Below are positions 1 to 11,663 of a DNA stretch of 64,000 nt, piece by piece. Below the pieces are notes generated by a model. The model saw only the letters and a program-made list of their open reading frames with translations, searched no databases and was not told where the DNA came from. Source of the stretch: Bacillota bacterium (lineage in GTDB: Bacteria; Bacillota; Ch66; Ch109); the NCBI GenBank assembly GCA_050952625.1, contig JBMNLH010000001.1:928001-992000 (forward strand), written 5' to 3'. Position numbers and translations under genes: made by a program. Each line of letters opens with the position of its first letter. Positions within the stretch are counted from its first letter, which is position 1.

Positions 1-1
1 A

Positions 2-1654
2 CGAGAAATAAACCCTGTCGATACTTTATCACCGGCGTCAGATCGTTTGAGTGAGCTACTAGAGCAGCTCGATCCGCTAGACGAAGTGGTTGAGTTAATT
101 ACCAAAGCATTGGTAGATGATCCACCAATCTCAATCCGCGAAGGTGGTCTGATTCGAAGTGGGTATGACCCGGAAGTTGATCGTCTTCGAGAGGCGGCTG
201 GAGGAGGCAAGCAATGGATTGCTGGTCTGGAAGCCCGTGAGCGGGTCCGCACCGGGATTAAATCTCTCAAGGTCGGCTTTAATAAAGTGTTTGGTTACTA
301 CCTGGAGGTGACAAAACCTAATCTACCACAAGTGCCGGCAGATTATCTGCGTAAGCAGACGTTGGCTAACGCGGAACGATTTGTGACGCCAGAATTAAAA
401 GAGTACGAGGCTTTGGTGCTAGGAGCCGAAGATCGGGTAGTCGGACTGGAATACCAAATTTTTGTTCGGGTGCGGGAGCAGGTTGGACAGCACGCCAGTC
501 GAATCCAGCGGACTGCTCGAGCTCTAGCCGAGTTAGATGTCCTCTGTTCGTTAGCGGTTGTAGCTGTCAATAATAATTATTGTAAGCCAGTAGTAGACGC
601 CGCAAATCAATTGATTATCAAAGAGGCTCGACACCCAGTAGTTGAAAAATATCTGACCGAGCAGGTTTATGTGCCGAATGATATCAGCATGGATGGTCAG
701 ACCAATTTTTTTATGTTGATTACCGGGCCCAACATGGGCGGGAAAAGCACCTACTGTCGCAGTATTGCCCTGATTTGTCTGTTGGCGCAAATGGGAAGTT
801 TTGTGCCTGCCCGAGAAGCCAAGATTGGCCTAGTCGATCGTATTTTTGCCCGAATCGGGGCTAGTGATGATCTAGGTAGCGGCCAAAGCACTTTTATGGT
901 TGAAATGAATGAAGTAGGTAACATCGTTAATACGGCCACGTCCCGCAGCTTGGTGATTCTAGATGAGGTCGGACGTGGTACCAGTACTTATGATGGATTG
1001 AGCATTGCTTGGTCACTGACAGAGTTTATCCACAATCAGATCCAGGCCCGGACTCTATTTGCTACCCACTACCACGAATTGACTGAGTTAGAAAAACAGT
1101 TGCCCGGGCTAAAGAATTATAGTGTGGCGGTTCGGGAACAAGAGGAAGGGATTGTATTTTTACATCGGGTTGTTCCCGGCGGGGTTGACCGTAGTTATGG
1201 TATTCAAGTGGCTCGCCTAGCTGGTCTTCCTAAAGACCTCATTGAACGGGCAGGGCAGATCCTACAAGAACTAGAGCAAAGGGAGGCCGGGCGGGAAAAA
1301 AGTCAGCCCTCGGAAAAGGTTATTCCTTTCAGTAGCGGTTCTGAATTGGCCCAGAAGACTAGATCAGGCTTTAGGGCAGAAGCAATGTTCAAGTCAGATT
1401 TTAAGTCTGAAAAATTAACAAAAAAGATTGTAAAAACGGCACTGCAGGATACAGCGGCTAGTTACTTTCAAGCTGATTCGGAAGCACCGGGGTCGAGTGT
1501 TTCGTTAGGTCAACCGGTTCAGTTAAGTCTACTGGAATGGGAGAGCCATCCGATCCTCGAGGAAATCAAAAATATGGATTTAATGAACCTAACTCCCCTG
1601 GAGGCACTGAATCGATTGAATGAAATCCAACAGAAATTACGCCAAAAGGGTTAA
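2..1654 (+). CDS. mutS: DNA mismatch repair protein MutS (5'-truncated by window edge)
   Basis: GPNMGGKST Walker [37 protein letters not shown]; frame open from base 2. Confidence 0.97.
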   Translation, partial: REINPVDTLSPASDRLSELLEQLDPLDEVVELITKALVDDPPISIREGGLIRSGYDPEVDRLREAAGGGKQWIAGLEARERVRTGIKSLKVGFNKVFGYYLEVTKPNLPQVPADYLRKQTLANAERFVTPELKEYEALVLGAEDRVVGLEYQIFVRVREQVGQHASRIQRTARALAELDVLCSLAVVAVNNNYCKPVVDAANQLIIKEARHPVVEKYLTEQVYVPNDISMDGQTNFFMLITGPNMGGKSTYCRSIALICLLAQMGSFVPAREAKIGLVDRIFARIGASDDLGSGQSTFMVEMNEVGNIVNTATSRSLVILDEVGRGTSTYDGLSIAWSLTEFIHNQIQARTLFATHYHELTELEKQLPGLKNYSVAVREQEEGIVFLHRVVPGGVDRSYGIQVARLAGLPKDLIERAGQILQELEQREAGREKSQPSEKVIPFSSGSELAQKTRSGFRAEAMFKSDFKSEKLTKKIVKTALQDTAASYFQADSEAPGSSVSLGQPVQLSLLEWESHPILEEIKNMDLMNLTPLEALNRLNEIQQKLRQKG

Positions 1655-1745
1655 GAAGTGTCTGAAGACGACTCACTATGCTGCTAATCAATAATTAATC
1701 CTGACCGGAGTCATACGGTACATTAAAGAGAGGTGGAAATAAACA

Positions 1746-3441
1746 ATGTTGATAGGGATTGATGTGGGAGGAACCTACACTGACGCAGCCCTTATCCAGA
1801 ATCGCCAAGTGTTACGCTGGGCTAAGACTCCAACTCGACCAGAATTGCTTTCGTCTTTATTAGAAGTTCTGGATCAGATTATGGAGGGTGTAGACCCATC
1901 GACTGTTAAACGAGTATCCCTTAGTACCACCCTGATTACGAATTTGATTGCTGAAGATAAAGTGGAGCCGGTAGCTTTGCTGGCTATTCCCGGGCCGGGG
2001 GTCAACCCGCATAGTTTTTCAGTTTTTGATAATGCCTATTTATTAAGTGGGGCAATTGATTATCGGGGTAGAGAAACAGCGAAACTTGTTCAGGCAGAAG
2101 TGGCAGAGGTTATTCGGAAGGTAGACCAAAAGGGATTTAACAAAGTCGCCGTTGTCGGCAAGTTCTCGGTCCGTAACAATCAACATGAGCAGGCAATAGC
2201 CAAGTATGTCGCTGATCATTACCCACATATCCAGGTTGAAATGGGACATCAAACAGCCGGTCAACTTAACTTTCCACGCCGAGCCGTCACCACCCAGTTA
2301 ACCGCGGCTACTCGACCGGCTTATCGGTGCTTTATTGACCAGATACGGGCAGCTCTTAAGGAACGTCGGATTGAGGCACCAGTCTACATTTTAAAGGCAG
2401 ATGGAGGCACCTTGCCTTTGGAAAAGGCAGTCGACGTCCCAGTAGAAACCATTTTTTCCGGACCGGCCGCTAGTACCATGGGGGTACTGGCACTGACACC
2501 GGCCGGTCAAACCTCTGTGGTTGTCGATATTGGGGGTACGACGACGGATTTGGCCTTGATCCTGTCCGGTAAACCGTTGCTGTCATCCAAAGGAGCTCGG
2601 GTTAAAGAGCATTTGACTCAGGTGCGAGCCTTTGCCGTGAAATCAGTCGCTTTGGGAGGAGACAGTGCTGTTCGGGTTAAGAACGGGTATTTAGAAGTAA
2701 GCCCGGAGCGAGTGGGGCCCGGCCTGCTGTTTGGGTGGATCAGTTCCAACGCCGACAGATGCCCTGCGGGTTTTGGGGTTGGCCGATATCGGCGAAGAGG
2801 CCTTAGCCCGGGCCGCGATTCGGGAGCTTTCGGCCAAGCTGTCTTCTGAGTTGGTCAGTTCGGAAGAGGACCCGGTTAAAGCTACGGCTAGGTTGGTCTT
2901 AAATATCGTAGTTGATCGAATGATTCGCGAAATTGAGGAGATGTTTTTGGCCTGGGAACAGGAACCAGCTTATCGAGTCTGGGAAATGATGCAAAAAGAA
3001 CGAGTTCGGCCACAAAACGTGGTAGGCGTGGGTGGATCAGCCTCTTCCCTGGTTCCGCTGGTAGCCGAGCGAATGGGTTGTGTGGGAATTATTCCAGAAC
3101 ACGCCCCGGTTGCCAATGCCCTAGGAGCGGCGGTGGCCCGGCCAACCCTAGGAATAACCTTGAGGGTTGATACTGAACAAGCGTTTTATTCAATCGCAGA
3201 AGACGGAACTCAGAAAAAATCAACCAAACTAAGTAAGTATCACCTTGAAGAAGCTCAGAATCTTGCCAAGCAGTTACTCAAGGAGCGGGCCGAACAGATG
3301 GGTCTAAGTGGCTACAGCCAGGAAGCAGAAGTGACGCATAGTGAATTGTTTAATATGATCCGGGGATGGAGCCGGGTTGGTCGACTGATTGATGTTGTCG
3401 TTCAGATACCAGCCGGGCTGATTCCGGAGTGGGTTGATTGA
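1746..3441 (+). pseudogene. Hydantoinase/oxoprolinase family protein with a frameshift near 2720 (real or sequencing error)
   Basis: GIDVGGTYTD and VVDIGGTTTD in ORF 1746-2849; GG..PTPTDAL and VANALGAA continue in the other frame (2731-3441); one extra base in GGGCCCGGCC. Confidence 0.85.
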
Positions 3442-4862
3442 GAGGAGGAAAGCCCATGCAACAGAGAATAAAACCCTGGAAACAACGACGCTGGGATGAC
3501 ATAGATAAAAAACACAGACGGACGGGATTAGTTTTTTTTCCGGCTTTTGACTGGGCAATTTCCGCTACTCACCCGGAGCGGGAAGAACGGCTTCTATATA
3601 CCAAGGACCAAATTTTTGAAGAGGGCTTAATGGATCTCCCTCAGATTATTGAATACAAGGCTGGAGTGGCTACGGAAAAAGACGTTGCCCGAGTTCATTT
3701 TTGCGTCCCTAATGTCCGAACTCAAATTACGGATGCGCACCTGATTTCCGTTGGAAGTGCCATGGTCCTGGCCGATGCCTTTATGCAAGGTGAGGTAACC
3801 AACTCTTTTGCCCTAGTGCGGCCCCCTGGTCATCATGCCATGCGGGTAGCCCATGGTAATCGTGGCTTCTGTAACATTAATAATGAAGCGATCATGATTG
3901 AGTATCTGCGCCGAAAGTATGGTTTACGCCGGGTAGCGATTGTCGATACGGATGTGCATCACGGCGATGGAACCCAGGAAATATTCTATCATGATCCAGA
4001 TGTCCTCTTTATTTCTTTTCATCAGGATGGCCGGACTCTTTACCCGGGGACCGGGTTTGTCCCGGAACTGGGCGGACCGGGAGCATATTGCTCAAACATT
4101 AACATTCCATTACCGCCGGGAACGACTGATGAGGGTATCCATTATGTTCTGGATAACTTAGTATTACCAATTTTAAATGATTTTGATCCAGAAATTGTGG
4201 TCAACTCCGCAGGTCAAGATAACCATTATACCGATCCTTTAGCTAATATGCAGTGGACCGCGGCTGGTTATGCCTTGCTGAACGAAAAATTACGCCCAGA
4301 TTTGGCGGTCCTTGAAGGAGGATATGCTATTGAAACCGCGCTTCCCTATGTTAATACTGGAATTATCTTGGCTATGGCCGGGTTGGATTATTCCTGGGTA
4401 CGGGAACCGCAACTGCAGCCGGGCAGCCTGCGCATGAGCAGTTCGGTTAAAGAACGGGTGGAGGGAGTCGTGGATCAACTGCAAAAGATCTGGGCCAACC
4501 GGGAGGAATTGGCGAAAAAGCGCAAAGAAGAGGTGGGTCCGTACTTCAAGGAACGAAAGAGGATTTATTACGATACCGATCAAATCGAGGAAAGTCAGGA
4601 TATTACGGTTAAAATGTGCGATCATTGTTCCGGTTACATTTTGCTTCATTCTCGAGCAGAACGAATGTGGAACAGCCAGGCGATTACCGGTGTCTCTATT
4701 CCGCTCTATGCCTGCTCAGCCTGTCAGCGGGAAGGCCGAGCAACATATCAGGAGGCTAAGGTAAAGGCGGATTACAAAACGGATGTAGTTTACCTTCAAG
4801 ATAAGGTCGCAGATGAGTTTATCCAATGGCATCCAACGCGCCAAGAAGAAAAACGATATTAA
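3438..4862 (+). CDS. Histone deacetylase family amidohydrolase
   Basis: RPPGHHA, GFCNINN, DTDVHHGDGTQ, SAGQD, LEGGY; C-terminal CxxC...CxxC. Confidence 0.93.
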   Translation: MRGGKPMQQRIKPWKQRRWDDIDKKHRRTGLVFFPAFDWAISATHPEREERLLYTKDQIFEEGLMDLPQIIEYKAGVATEKDVARVHFCVPNVRTQITDAHLISVGSAMVLADAFMQGEVTNSFALVRPPGHHAMRVAHGNRGFCNINNEAIMIEYLRRKYGLRRVAIVDTDVHHGDGTQEIFYHDPDVLFISFHQDGRTLYPGTGFVPELGGPGAYCSNINIPLPPGTTDEGIHYVLDNLVLPILNDFDPEIVVNSAGQDNHYTDPLANMQWTAAGYALLNEKLRPDLAVLEGGYAIETALPYVNTGIILAMAGLDYSWVREPQLQPGSLRMSSSVKERVEGVVDQLQKIWANREELAKKRKEEVGPYFKERKRIYYDTDQIEESQDITVKMCDHCSGYILLHSRAERMWNSQAITGVSIPLYACSACQREGRATYQEAKVKADYKTDVVYLQDKVADEFIQWHPTRQEEKRY

Positions 4863-7122
4863 AGAAATGAAGGATGATAGAGGGATGACCAACCGAATTC
4901 GTCTGCTTGACGAAGCGACTATTAATCAAATAGCTGCTGGAGAGGTTGTAGAACGCCCGGCTTCCGCACTTAAAGAATTAATTGAGAATTCACTGGATGC
5001 CGGCAGCACCCGGTTGGATATTGAACTGGAAGAAAGCGGATTGCGCTTAATTCGGGTGACAGATAATGGTTGCGGGATGAATCCGGAAGAGGTACGCTGG
5101 TCAATTGAACGGCATGCCACCAGCAAAATTGCTTCAGCTCAGGATTTGTTGCGCATTGTCAGTTTTGGTTTTCGAGGAGAGGCTTTATCCAGCATCGCTG
5201 CGGTTTCTCGCTTGGAACTAGTCAGCCGGCCGACTGATCAGTTAGAGGGAATTCGGCTCGTGACCGAAGGCGGAGAAGTTCAGAGGATTGAGCCAGTCGG
5301 AACCCCAATCGGCACCCGTACCACGATTCGAGATATATTTTATAATCTGCCAGTTCGCAAAAAATTCCTCAAGAGTCCAGCGACCGAACTGAGGTATGCA
5401 GTTGACCTAGTCAGCCGTTTGGTTCTGGGTAATCCACAGGTGGCTTTTCGGTTGCGAGTTCCTGATCGAATCTTGATTCAATCCAGCGGGAATAGCCGTT
5501 TACTAGAAGCAATCGCCGCTGTTTATGGGTCAGAGATCGCTCAACAGATGTTAGTAGTAGGTGATGGAGAGAACGGTCAAAATGCCCCGGCTACTGCATT
5601 GGGGGCACCTAGTTTGTCTTCTCAAACAAAGAGTTGCCAGCAGAGGTCTGAGTCGAGTAAAGTCCGAGTTTGGGGTTATGTATCTGGCCCCGGTCTGACT
5701 CGAAGCAACCGGCACCAACAGTGTTTTTTGGTTAACCGTCGTTATATCCAAAGCCGACTGCTGCAGGAAGCCGTGAATGAAGCCTATCGCGGTGTAATTC
5801 CCCCTCAGCGATTTCCGTTAGTCGTTCTACACCTGGAGGTAGACCCAGAATTGATTGACGTTAACATCCATCCGGCTAAGCTACAGGTTCGTTTTCAGGA
5901 GGAAGAGGCTGTTTTTCAGGCTGTAGTCCAGGGGCTGCGACAGGCTCTCCGTCCTGCTTCAGTTATTCCGCGGTTTGATTTTGGCAAAAACAGCTTTGGC
6001 ATAAACAGCGGAGATAAAAAGGTAGAAGAGCAATACTTATCAAATCCTCGGCAAGTATCTATGGTTGAAAGCCTAACATGTTCAACCTATGACGCAACAA
6101 ATAATGCCACTGGTGTTATAAATAGTGAGCGGTCCAGTATTATAAAAAACAACCCAACAACCGATTCGTCCGATAATGCGGCTAATAGTTCATCCAATGA
6201 TTTAATAAATGGTCTAACGGACGATTCAAGAAACAACTCGATTAATAACCCAACAAGAAATTTAACGATTGACTCAACAAGTAACCCTGATACTGGCCAA
6301 TACTCTGAACAACAGCCGGGAGAAGTTGCGATTGCTGAAGTTAACCTGGATATTTATCAAGCAGAAAATCTATTAGTTGCCGGTGAAGCTGTTCAGCACC
6401 CAAAAGAGCAACAAACAAAACTTTTACCAGTACCGGACGAGATGAACGATTCTTTTGCTAACAACAATAAAATCTATAAGCCAGAGAAGCATAAATATGA
6501 AAAATTAGATTCAGTGGGCTTTGCGGGTGACCAGACAATAAAAAATACCTTAGCTGATTTGCTACCTAAGGCTCAAGTAGCCGGTACTTATATCGTGGCG
6601 GAAGGGCCAGATGGTCTTTATATTCTCGATCAGCATGCGTTGCATGAACGAATCCTTTACGAAAAAATATTGGTTGATCTTGAGGAAGATCGCCACTTCA
6701 GTCAGACCGTTCTCTACCCAGAAACGGTTGAGCTAACCCCTGAGGAAAGGGAAAGGTTTACCCAACATATTATTCCCCTTCGCAATTTGGGGTTTGTCGT
6801 TGAGCATTTTGGCGGCAATACCTTTTTGTTACGAGGGATTCCAGCCTTTATTAAAGGTAGTGGTAAAGAGGTCTTTCTTGATCTTTTGGATTACTTAGTC
6901 GACCGACCGCGATTGGACGAGCGGCGTTTATATGAAGAGATGGCAGCCCGCTTGGCCTGTCATCAGGCAATCAAAGCCGAGGAACGGTTAAACCAGGCGG
7001 AAATGGAGACCCTGGTTTTGCATATGGCCAGTTTGAGTAGTCCTTACGCTTGTCCCCATGGGCGACCAACGATCCTGAAATTGTCGTGGACCGAACTTGG
7101 ACGGCGTTTCCATAGACGTTAA
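4813..7122 (+). CDS. mutL: DNA mismatch repair endonuclease MutL (true start probably ATG at 4885)
   Basis: IAAGEVVERP, KELIENSLDA, GFRGEAL, DQHALHER, ACHQAIK, CPHGRP. Confidence 0.97.
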   Translation: MSLSNGIQRAKKKNDIKEMKDDRGMTNRIRLLDEATINQIAAGEVVERPASALKELIENSLDAGSTRLDIELEESGLRLIRVTDNGCGMNPEEVRWSIERHATSKIASAQDLLRIVSFGFRGEALSSIAAVSRLELVSRPTDQLEGIRLVTEGGEVQRIEPVGTPIGTRTTIRDIFYNLPVRKKFLKSPATELRYAVDLVSRLVLGNPQVAFRLRVPDRILIQSSGNSRLLEAIAAVYGSEIAQQMLVVGDGENGQNAPATALGAPSLSSQTKSCQQRSESSKVRVWGYVSGPGLTRSNRHQQCFLVNRRYIQSRLLQEAVNEAYRGVIPPQRFPLVVLHLEVDPELIDVNIHPAKLQVRFQEEEAVFQAVVQGLRQALRPASVIPRFDFGKNSFGINSGDKKVEEQYLSNPRQVSMVESLTCSTYDATNNATGVINSERSSIIKNNPTTDSSDNAANSSSNDLINGLTDDSRNNSINNPTRNLTIDSTSNPDTGQYSEQQPGEVAIAEVNLDIYQAENLLVAGEAVQHPKEQQTKLLPVPDEMNDSFANNNKIYKPEKHKYEKLDSVGFAGDQTIKNTLADLLPKAQVAGTYIVAEGPDGLYILDQHALHERILYEKILVDLEEDRHFSQTVLYPETVELTPEERERFTQHIIPLRNLGFVVEHFGGNTFLLRGIPAFIKGSGKEVFLDLLDYLVDRPRLDERRLYEEMAARLACHQAIKAEERLNQAEMETLVLHMASLSSPYACPHGRPTILKLSWTELGRRFHRR

Positions 7123-7200
7123 CCCTAATGAACAACAGCAAGAAAGTCTGGCGAAAAATCTAAAAGAGCGTTTAAGCAAGGCGAACTAAATCTGGAAAAG

Positions 7201-8115
7201 ATGGGAATTATTATGGAGACAATGATTGATCGGCTGCGAAAGATGGAAGCCGATTTTCGCCAAACCCAGGATATCCAAGCCCTTGTAGATACCATAATGA
7301 TTACGACTAGTCAGGACAAACCAGACCAGATAGAACGTGGTCGGACTTTAGCCAGAGAGCTTGGCTGCCGATTTTGTTGGCGCCGACAAAGACCTTTATC
7401 CCAGTTTATCGAAGATTTGCCTGTCCAGGGAATAGTGGTGGTTGAGTCTGACCGCCTTACTTTTCAATCAAGAGTAGGGCCTAAGTTCTTTTATCACCCG
7501 AATATGGCCCGGCACCGGGCCTTGAACTGGTTAAGAGGTGGAGTTGATCCTATGGTGACAGCGATGGGTCTATCACTAGGAATGACAGTGCTCGACTGTA
7601 CCTTAGGCTTGGGAAGTGATGCCTTAATCACCAGTCTAGCTGTGGGAGAGCTAGGGCTAGCGGCCGGCCTAGAGGTTTCGCCGATTCTCTCCGTGTTAGT
7701 TCAACGAGGCTTTAAGGAGTATCCATGGAGTAGTATTCCTCAAATTGGGGAATCACTACAGAAAGCAGCTGGTAGAATTCGGGTATTTAATCTAGATCAT
7801 TGCCAAGCTTTAAAACGATTAGATGACAAATCATTTGATGTAGTTTATTTTGATCCGATGTTTCAACAGTCAGTCTGGTCGGCTAAAGGGATTGCCGTGG
7901 TTCGAAACCTAGGCTGTCCTAATACCTTAGAACCGGATACCCTCTATGAGGCAGCGAGGGTGGCTCGATATCGGGTAGTTGTTAAAGAAAGAAAAGGGAG
8001 TCAGGTGTCAGCCAGACTTGGCCTAAACCGTGTAATTCAGGGAGCGAATCGAATAAGTTACGGAGTTCTGGAGGTTTCCAGGGATAGAGGTTTGGGTGAT
8101 GATGTAAGATGTTAA
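7201..8115 (+). CDS. Class I SAM-dependent methyltransferase (RsmJ-like)
   Basis: VLDCTLGLGSD and DVVYFDPMF motifs; usual position between mutL and miaA. Confidence 0.85.
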   Translation: MGIIMETMIDRLRKMEADFRQTQDIQALVDTIMITTSQDKPDQIERGRTLARELGCRFCWRRQRPLSQFIEDLPVQGIVVVESDRLTFQSRVGPKFFYHPNMARHRALNWLRGGVDPMVTAMGLSLGMTVLDCTLGLGSDALITSLAVGELGLAAGLEVSPILSVLVQRGFKEYPWSSIPQIGESLQKAAGRIRVFNLDHCQALKRLDDKSFDVVYFDPMFQQSVWSAKGIAVVRNLGCPNTLEPDTLYEAARVARYRVVVKERKGSQVSARLGLNRVIQGANRISYGVLEVSRDRGLGDDVRC

Positions 8116-9059
8116 AGCCTCTGGTGATTCTCGTGGGCCCTACCGCCACGGGAAAAAGCGCAGTCGCTATTGAGCTAGCCAGGCAGTTAAACGGAGAGAT
8201 TGTATCCGGCGACTCAACTCAGGTTTACCGAGGTTTGGATATAGGCACAGCCAAAGTTCCTCTGACCCAGAGGAAACTTGCGCCCCATCATTTAATAGAC
8301 ATTATTAATCCAGAAGATTCTTTTAGCGTCGCTGATTTTCAAAAAAGGGCAACTCAGGCCATTGAAGAGATTCACCAAAAAGGTAAGTTGCCGATCTTGG
8401 TGGGGGGAACTGGACTATATATTCGTTCTGTTGTGGATCCATATCAGTTTGCCGAAGTGGCCACTGATCTTTCGTTACGTCATTCGTTGCAGCAAGAAGC
8501 GATTCGGGTGGGTGAAGCCGAGATGCACCGGTGCCTGGGGGAGATTGATCCGCCGGCGGCTGAGCGAATTCACCCCGGAGATATTCGGCGAGTTATTAGA
8601 GCTCTAGAGGTCTATTACCTGACTGGTCAGCCTATTTCCAGTTTTCATCATCTCGGGAAGAAAACTGCTCAAAAGTACAACTCCGTTTGGATTGGTTTAA
8701 ATTTACCCAGAGAGCTGCTTTACCAAAGGATAGAGCGTCGTGTTGATGAAATGCTCGAAGCCGGTCTGGTAAACGAGGTGGAGAGGTTGCTGTCCCAGGG
8801 AGTAGATCCCGGAAGCAACTCAATGCAGGCCTTAGGTTATAAAGAGATTATCGGGTATCTAAAAGGAGAATATGATTTACCCACAGCAGTGAATTTAATT
8901 AAGCGGAATACCCGGCGCTTTGCCAAACGACAGTTGACCTGGTTTCGTCGGGATAGCCGAATTCATTGGTTTGACGTTGCCAGTTATCCCGATTTGCCGG
9001 AACTCATACAAAAAATATGTCTAGTTGTTGGCAGGACAATCAACATAAATGTAGAATAG
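8109..9059 (+). CDS. miaA: tRNA dimethylallyltransferase
   Basis: GPTATGKS, DSTQVYRGLDIGTAK, TRRFAKRQLTWF. Confidence 0.97.
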   Translation: MLKPLVILVGPTATGKSAVAIELARQLNGEIVSGDSTQVYRGLDIGTAKVPLTQRKLAPHHLIDIINPEDSFSVADFQKRATQAIEEIHQKGKLPILVGGTGLYIRSVVDPYQFAEVATDLSLRHSLQQEAIRVGEAEMHRCLGEIDPPAAERIHPGDIRRVIRALEVYYLTGQPISSFHHLGKKTAQKYNSVWIGLNLPRELLYQRIERRVDEMLEAGLVNEVERLLSQGVDPGSNSMQALGYKEIIGYLKGEYDLPTAVNLIKRNTRRFAKRQLTWFRRDSRIHWFDVASYPDLPELIQKICLVVGRTININVE

Positions 9060-9060
9060 A
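9031..9060 (+). promoter_or_regulatory. SigmaH-type promoter upstream of hfq
   Basis: GCAGGA-N17-GAATA. Confidence 0.6.
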
Positions 9061-9161
9061 TTTGGTAAACAGGAACCATCAACGAATAGCGGTTAGGCTG
9101 ACAGAATTCAAGTCAGTAATTTTCAATTAAGAAATGAAAACAGAGCTGGAGGTTTGGAAAG

Positions 9162-9410
9162 ATGACAAAGAGCCAGATTAATTTGCAAGATTTAGTGTTG
9201 AATCAGGTTCGTAAAGATAGCATTCCGGTAACCATTTACTTAATAAATGGCTTCCAACTAAAAGGCTTTATTCGTGGCTTTGATAATTTTACGGTCATCA
9301 TTGAGTTTGATGGTAAACAACAAATGGTTTATAAGCACGCTATTTCTACTATCACTCCCAGTCGACAGGTAAGTTTGTTGTCCCCGGAGCAGAATAAAGA
9401 GGTCAAATAA
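9162..9410 (+). CDS. hfq: RNA chaperone Hfq
   Basis: [29 protein letters not shown]. Confidence 0.97.
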   Translation: MTKSQINLQDLVLNQVRKDSIPVTIYLINGFQLKGFIRGFDNFTVIIEFDGKQQMVYKHAISTITPSRQVSLLSPEQNKEVK

Positions 9411-9441
9411 CCTGCGAAAAAAATTAAACGGTTATATTCGG

Positions 9442-9472
9442 AAACCAGGCTTCTTTTGGGTCTGGTTTTTCT
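9442..9472 (+). terminator. Intrinsic terminator after hfq
   Basis: AAACCAGGC...GTCTGGTTT stem followed by T-rich tract. Confidence 0.6.
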
Positions 9473-9583
9473 TCTATTTTCTTGTTTTTTAATAATAATA
9501 TAAACAAAATAAGAAAAAGGTTGATTTGAATATTGGATAAATAACCGGAAATTAAAAAGTAGAATGGTTTAATCAATCTCAAA

Positions 9584-10231
9584 TTATTGAACGATTAGTT
9601 TTAACACAGCCTCCGTTTCAATTAAGTTTGGGACTACCAAATCAGCTTCTTTTAGTTGTTCCAGATTATTTCGGTGGGCTACTCCAATACACCGCATACC
9701 GGCAGCTTTAGCTGAACGAATTCCTGAGGGTGAGTCTTCTATAACAGTACAGTTTTGCGGTTCAATTCCCAAAAGTTTCGCAGCTTTTAGGTAGCCGTCC
9801 GGGGCCGGTTTGTGGATCGAGACGGTTTCTTTGCCAACCAAGATCGTAAACAAATGAATAATCCCGGCGGACCGCGTGACTGTTTCGATGTTTTCGATCC
9901 AGGCACTGGAGACAATGGCCAGTTTAAAATGAGGAGCTAGTTGCTGAACTAATTGAATAACCCCGGGATAAATCTTGATCTGACTTAATAAAGTGCGGAA
10001 AACAAACTGTTTTCGATAAACCCATTTCCGAGGATCTTCCTCACAGCCTAGACTTTTAAGAAGACCAGCGGCGAATACGTGGTCTTCAAGTTCGATGGCT
10101 GGGAGGCACTGTTCCCGAGAGACCGTAAGACCATGCTCCTGAAAGGTTTTTTCCCAAGCGTCAGCGTGAAACTGTTGAGTGTCAACAATCACTCCGTCAA
10201 AGTCAAAAATTACGGCTTTAGTTAATGGCAT
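9584..10231 (-). CDS. HAD family phosphatase (beta-phosphoglucomutase-like)
   Basis: FDFDGVIVD, KPAPD, IEDSPSG. Confidence 0.9.
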   Translation of the reverse strand: MPLTKAVIFDFDGVIVDTQQFHADAWEKTFQEHGLTVSREQCLPAIELEDHVFAAGLLKSLGCEEDPRKWVYRKQFVFRTLLSQIKIYPGVIQLVQQLAPHFKLAIVSSAWIENIETVTRSAGIIHLFTILVGKETVSIHKPAPDGYLKAAKLLGIEPQNCTVIEDSPSGIRSAKAAGMRCIGVAHRNNLEQLKEADLVVPNLIETEAVLKLIVQ

Positions 10232-10250
10232 CTAAATGTCCGTCCTTTTA

Positions 10251-11663
10251 TCAAGTTTCATAGTTGGGGTCGTTTTTCATTTCTTCCGGTGGCTGACCGT
10301 TTTCTAAGACCTTTACCATCGCTTCTAAACTGGAGTTGGCTAGAGCCCTTAACAGTGGTTGTTGGGTAGGCTGTCTTCCATTTTGTAGTTCTAAGGCAGC
10401 GGCTAAGGCCAGCCGGGCATTGCTTAATTGTTCGGTGGATAAGAAGATCATTGCCATGTGCTCGAGGCGTCGTTGGTAACTGAGCCTCAGTTCTTCTCCA
10501 AAGAGGTTCTCAATAATCCCCTGGACCAGTTTGGCTTGGAATTCTTGTAAAAAGGTTCCGGCAACCACAATTCGGCTTCGACGACGTTCTAATAGTTTTT
10601 GAGCGTAGTCACTTACTATAGATGGCTCAAGAAGCCAGTTCCTCATTTCCGGGGTTTGGACCAAATTCTCAGATAGAGGAAGTAAATAAGAGCGAGAGTC
10701 CTTTATTTCATCCAGGGATATGATTTCATAAACTGGGTGTTGAAGTCGAGCTTGCTCCGCGTCAGATACCTTAAAATAACGTCGCCAGGCGACAAAATCA
10801 AGCGGCAGAGGACTATTGCTCGCTTTATTTTTTTGTTCGTGAACCATTATTAGATAATTAAGGTATTCACGTTTAGTCGGAACCACCCGGATTCCGGTTG
10901 TCTTCAGATCCCATTCCGCTAGAAAACCAGATAGCTCCCGCTGGTTAAAGCTATAGATCCGGCAATCTTTTAGGCCAATCAAGTCATTCATCAGGATTAC
11001 CGCAGTTTCGAGTTTGCCTCCGGGAGAACGCATCACCAGAATACCCATAATATTACCGCTACCATCCAGGCTGGAAACATAGCTTTGCTGGTATTGCCGC
11101 TCAGCAGAAATGTTGAAGGCGGGCTTGGCTGGAGCCGAGTGCTCGATATTTGATTCGTTACTCTTTGCTACGGGAGCTACGGGAGTAATTCCAGCACTTT
11201 TCAGGTGGTGCAGAGAGCGGTTTAGTTCTTTTTTCAGCTCTTTCGTTATCGATGATTTTTCTAGATCCCATTGATTCTGCTCCACCATGCGGGTCAGGAT
11301 GAGGACCGCCTCTGGACACCGGATCAGACCGAGTGCTTGCACAGCAGCGATTACCACCTGCGGGTTAGGATGATGGACCGCTTTTTCCAGTAGTGGGAGT
11401 GATTTTTCCCCCTTTTCCCGGGCTAGAGCGAGCAATACTCGAGCAATGGTTTGATCGGGAAAACCCGACATCATTTGGAAGATCTGCTCGCTGTTGACTT
11501 GGTCTTTAACCATTTCCGCGTGCGTAGCTTCCAGCAGTCTTTGAGTTAAAACTGGGAATTCGTCTTTTGAGGTTGGACTAGATATCGCTCTATGGTTACT
11601 ACTAAAGCTGTCTTTTTGCTGTTTGCTATCTTTGCGGTAATTCTTTTTCAGTCTTTTAGACAT
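10251..11663 (-). CDS. HEAT-repeat-containing hypothetical protein
   Basis: Long ORF with RBS AGGAGG; VVIAAVQALGLIRCPEAV..L HEAT-like unit. Confidence 0.7.
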   Translation of the reverse strand: MSKRLKKNYRKDSKQQKDSFSSNHRAISSPTSKDEFPVLTQRLLEATHAEMVKDQVNSEQIFQMMSGFPDQTIARVLLALAREKGEKSLPLLEKAVHHPNPQVVIAAVQALGLIRCPEAVLILTRMVEQNQWDLEKSSITKELKKELNRSLHHLKSAGITPVAPVAKSNESNIEHSAPAKPAFNISAERQYQQSYVSSLDGSGNIMGILVMRSPGGKLETAVILMNDLIGLKDCRIYSFNQRELSGFLAEWDLKTTGIRVVPTKREYLNYLIMVHEQKNKASNSPLPLDFVAWRRYFKVSDAEQARLQHPVYEIISLDEIKDSRSYLLPLSENLVQTPEMRNWLLEPSIVSDYAQKLLERRRSRIVVAGTFLQEFQAKLVQGIIENLFGEELRLSYQRRLEHMAMIFLSTEQLSNARLALAAALELQNGRQPTQQPLLRALANSSLEAMVKVLENGQPPEEMKNDPNYET

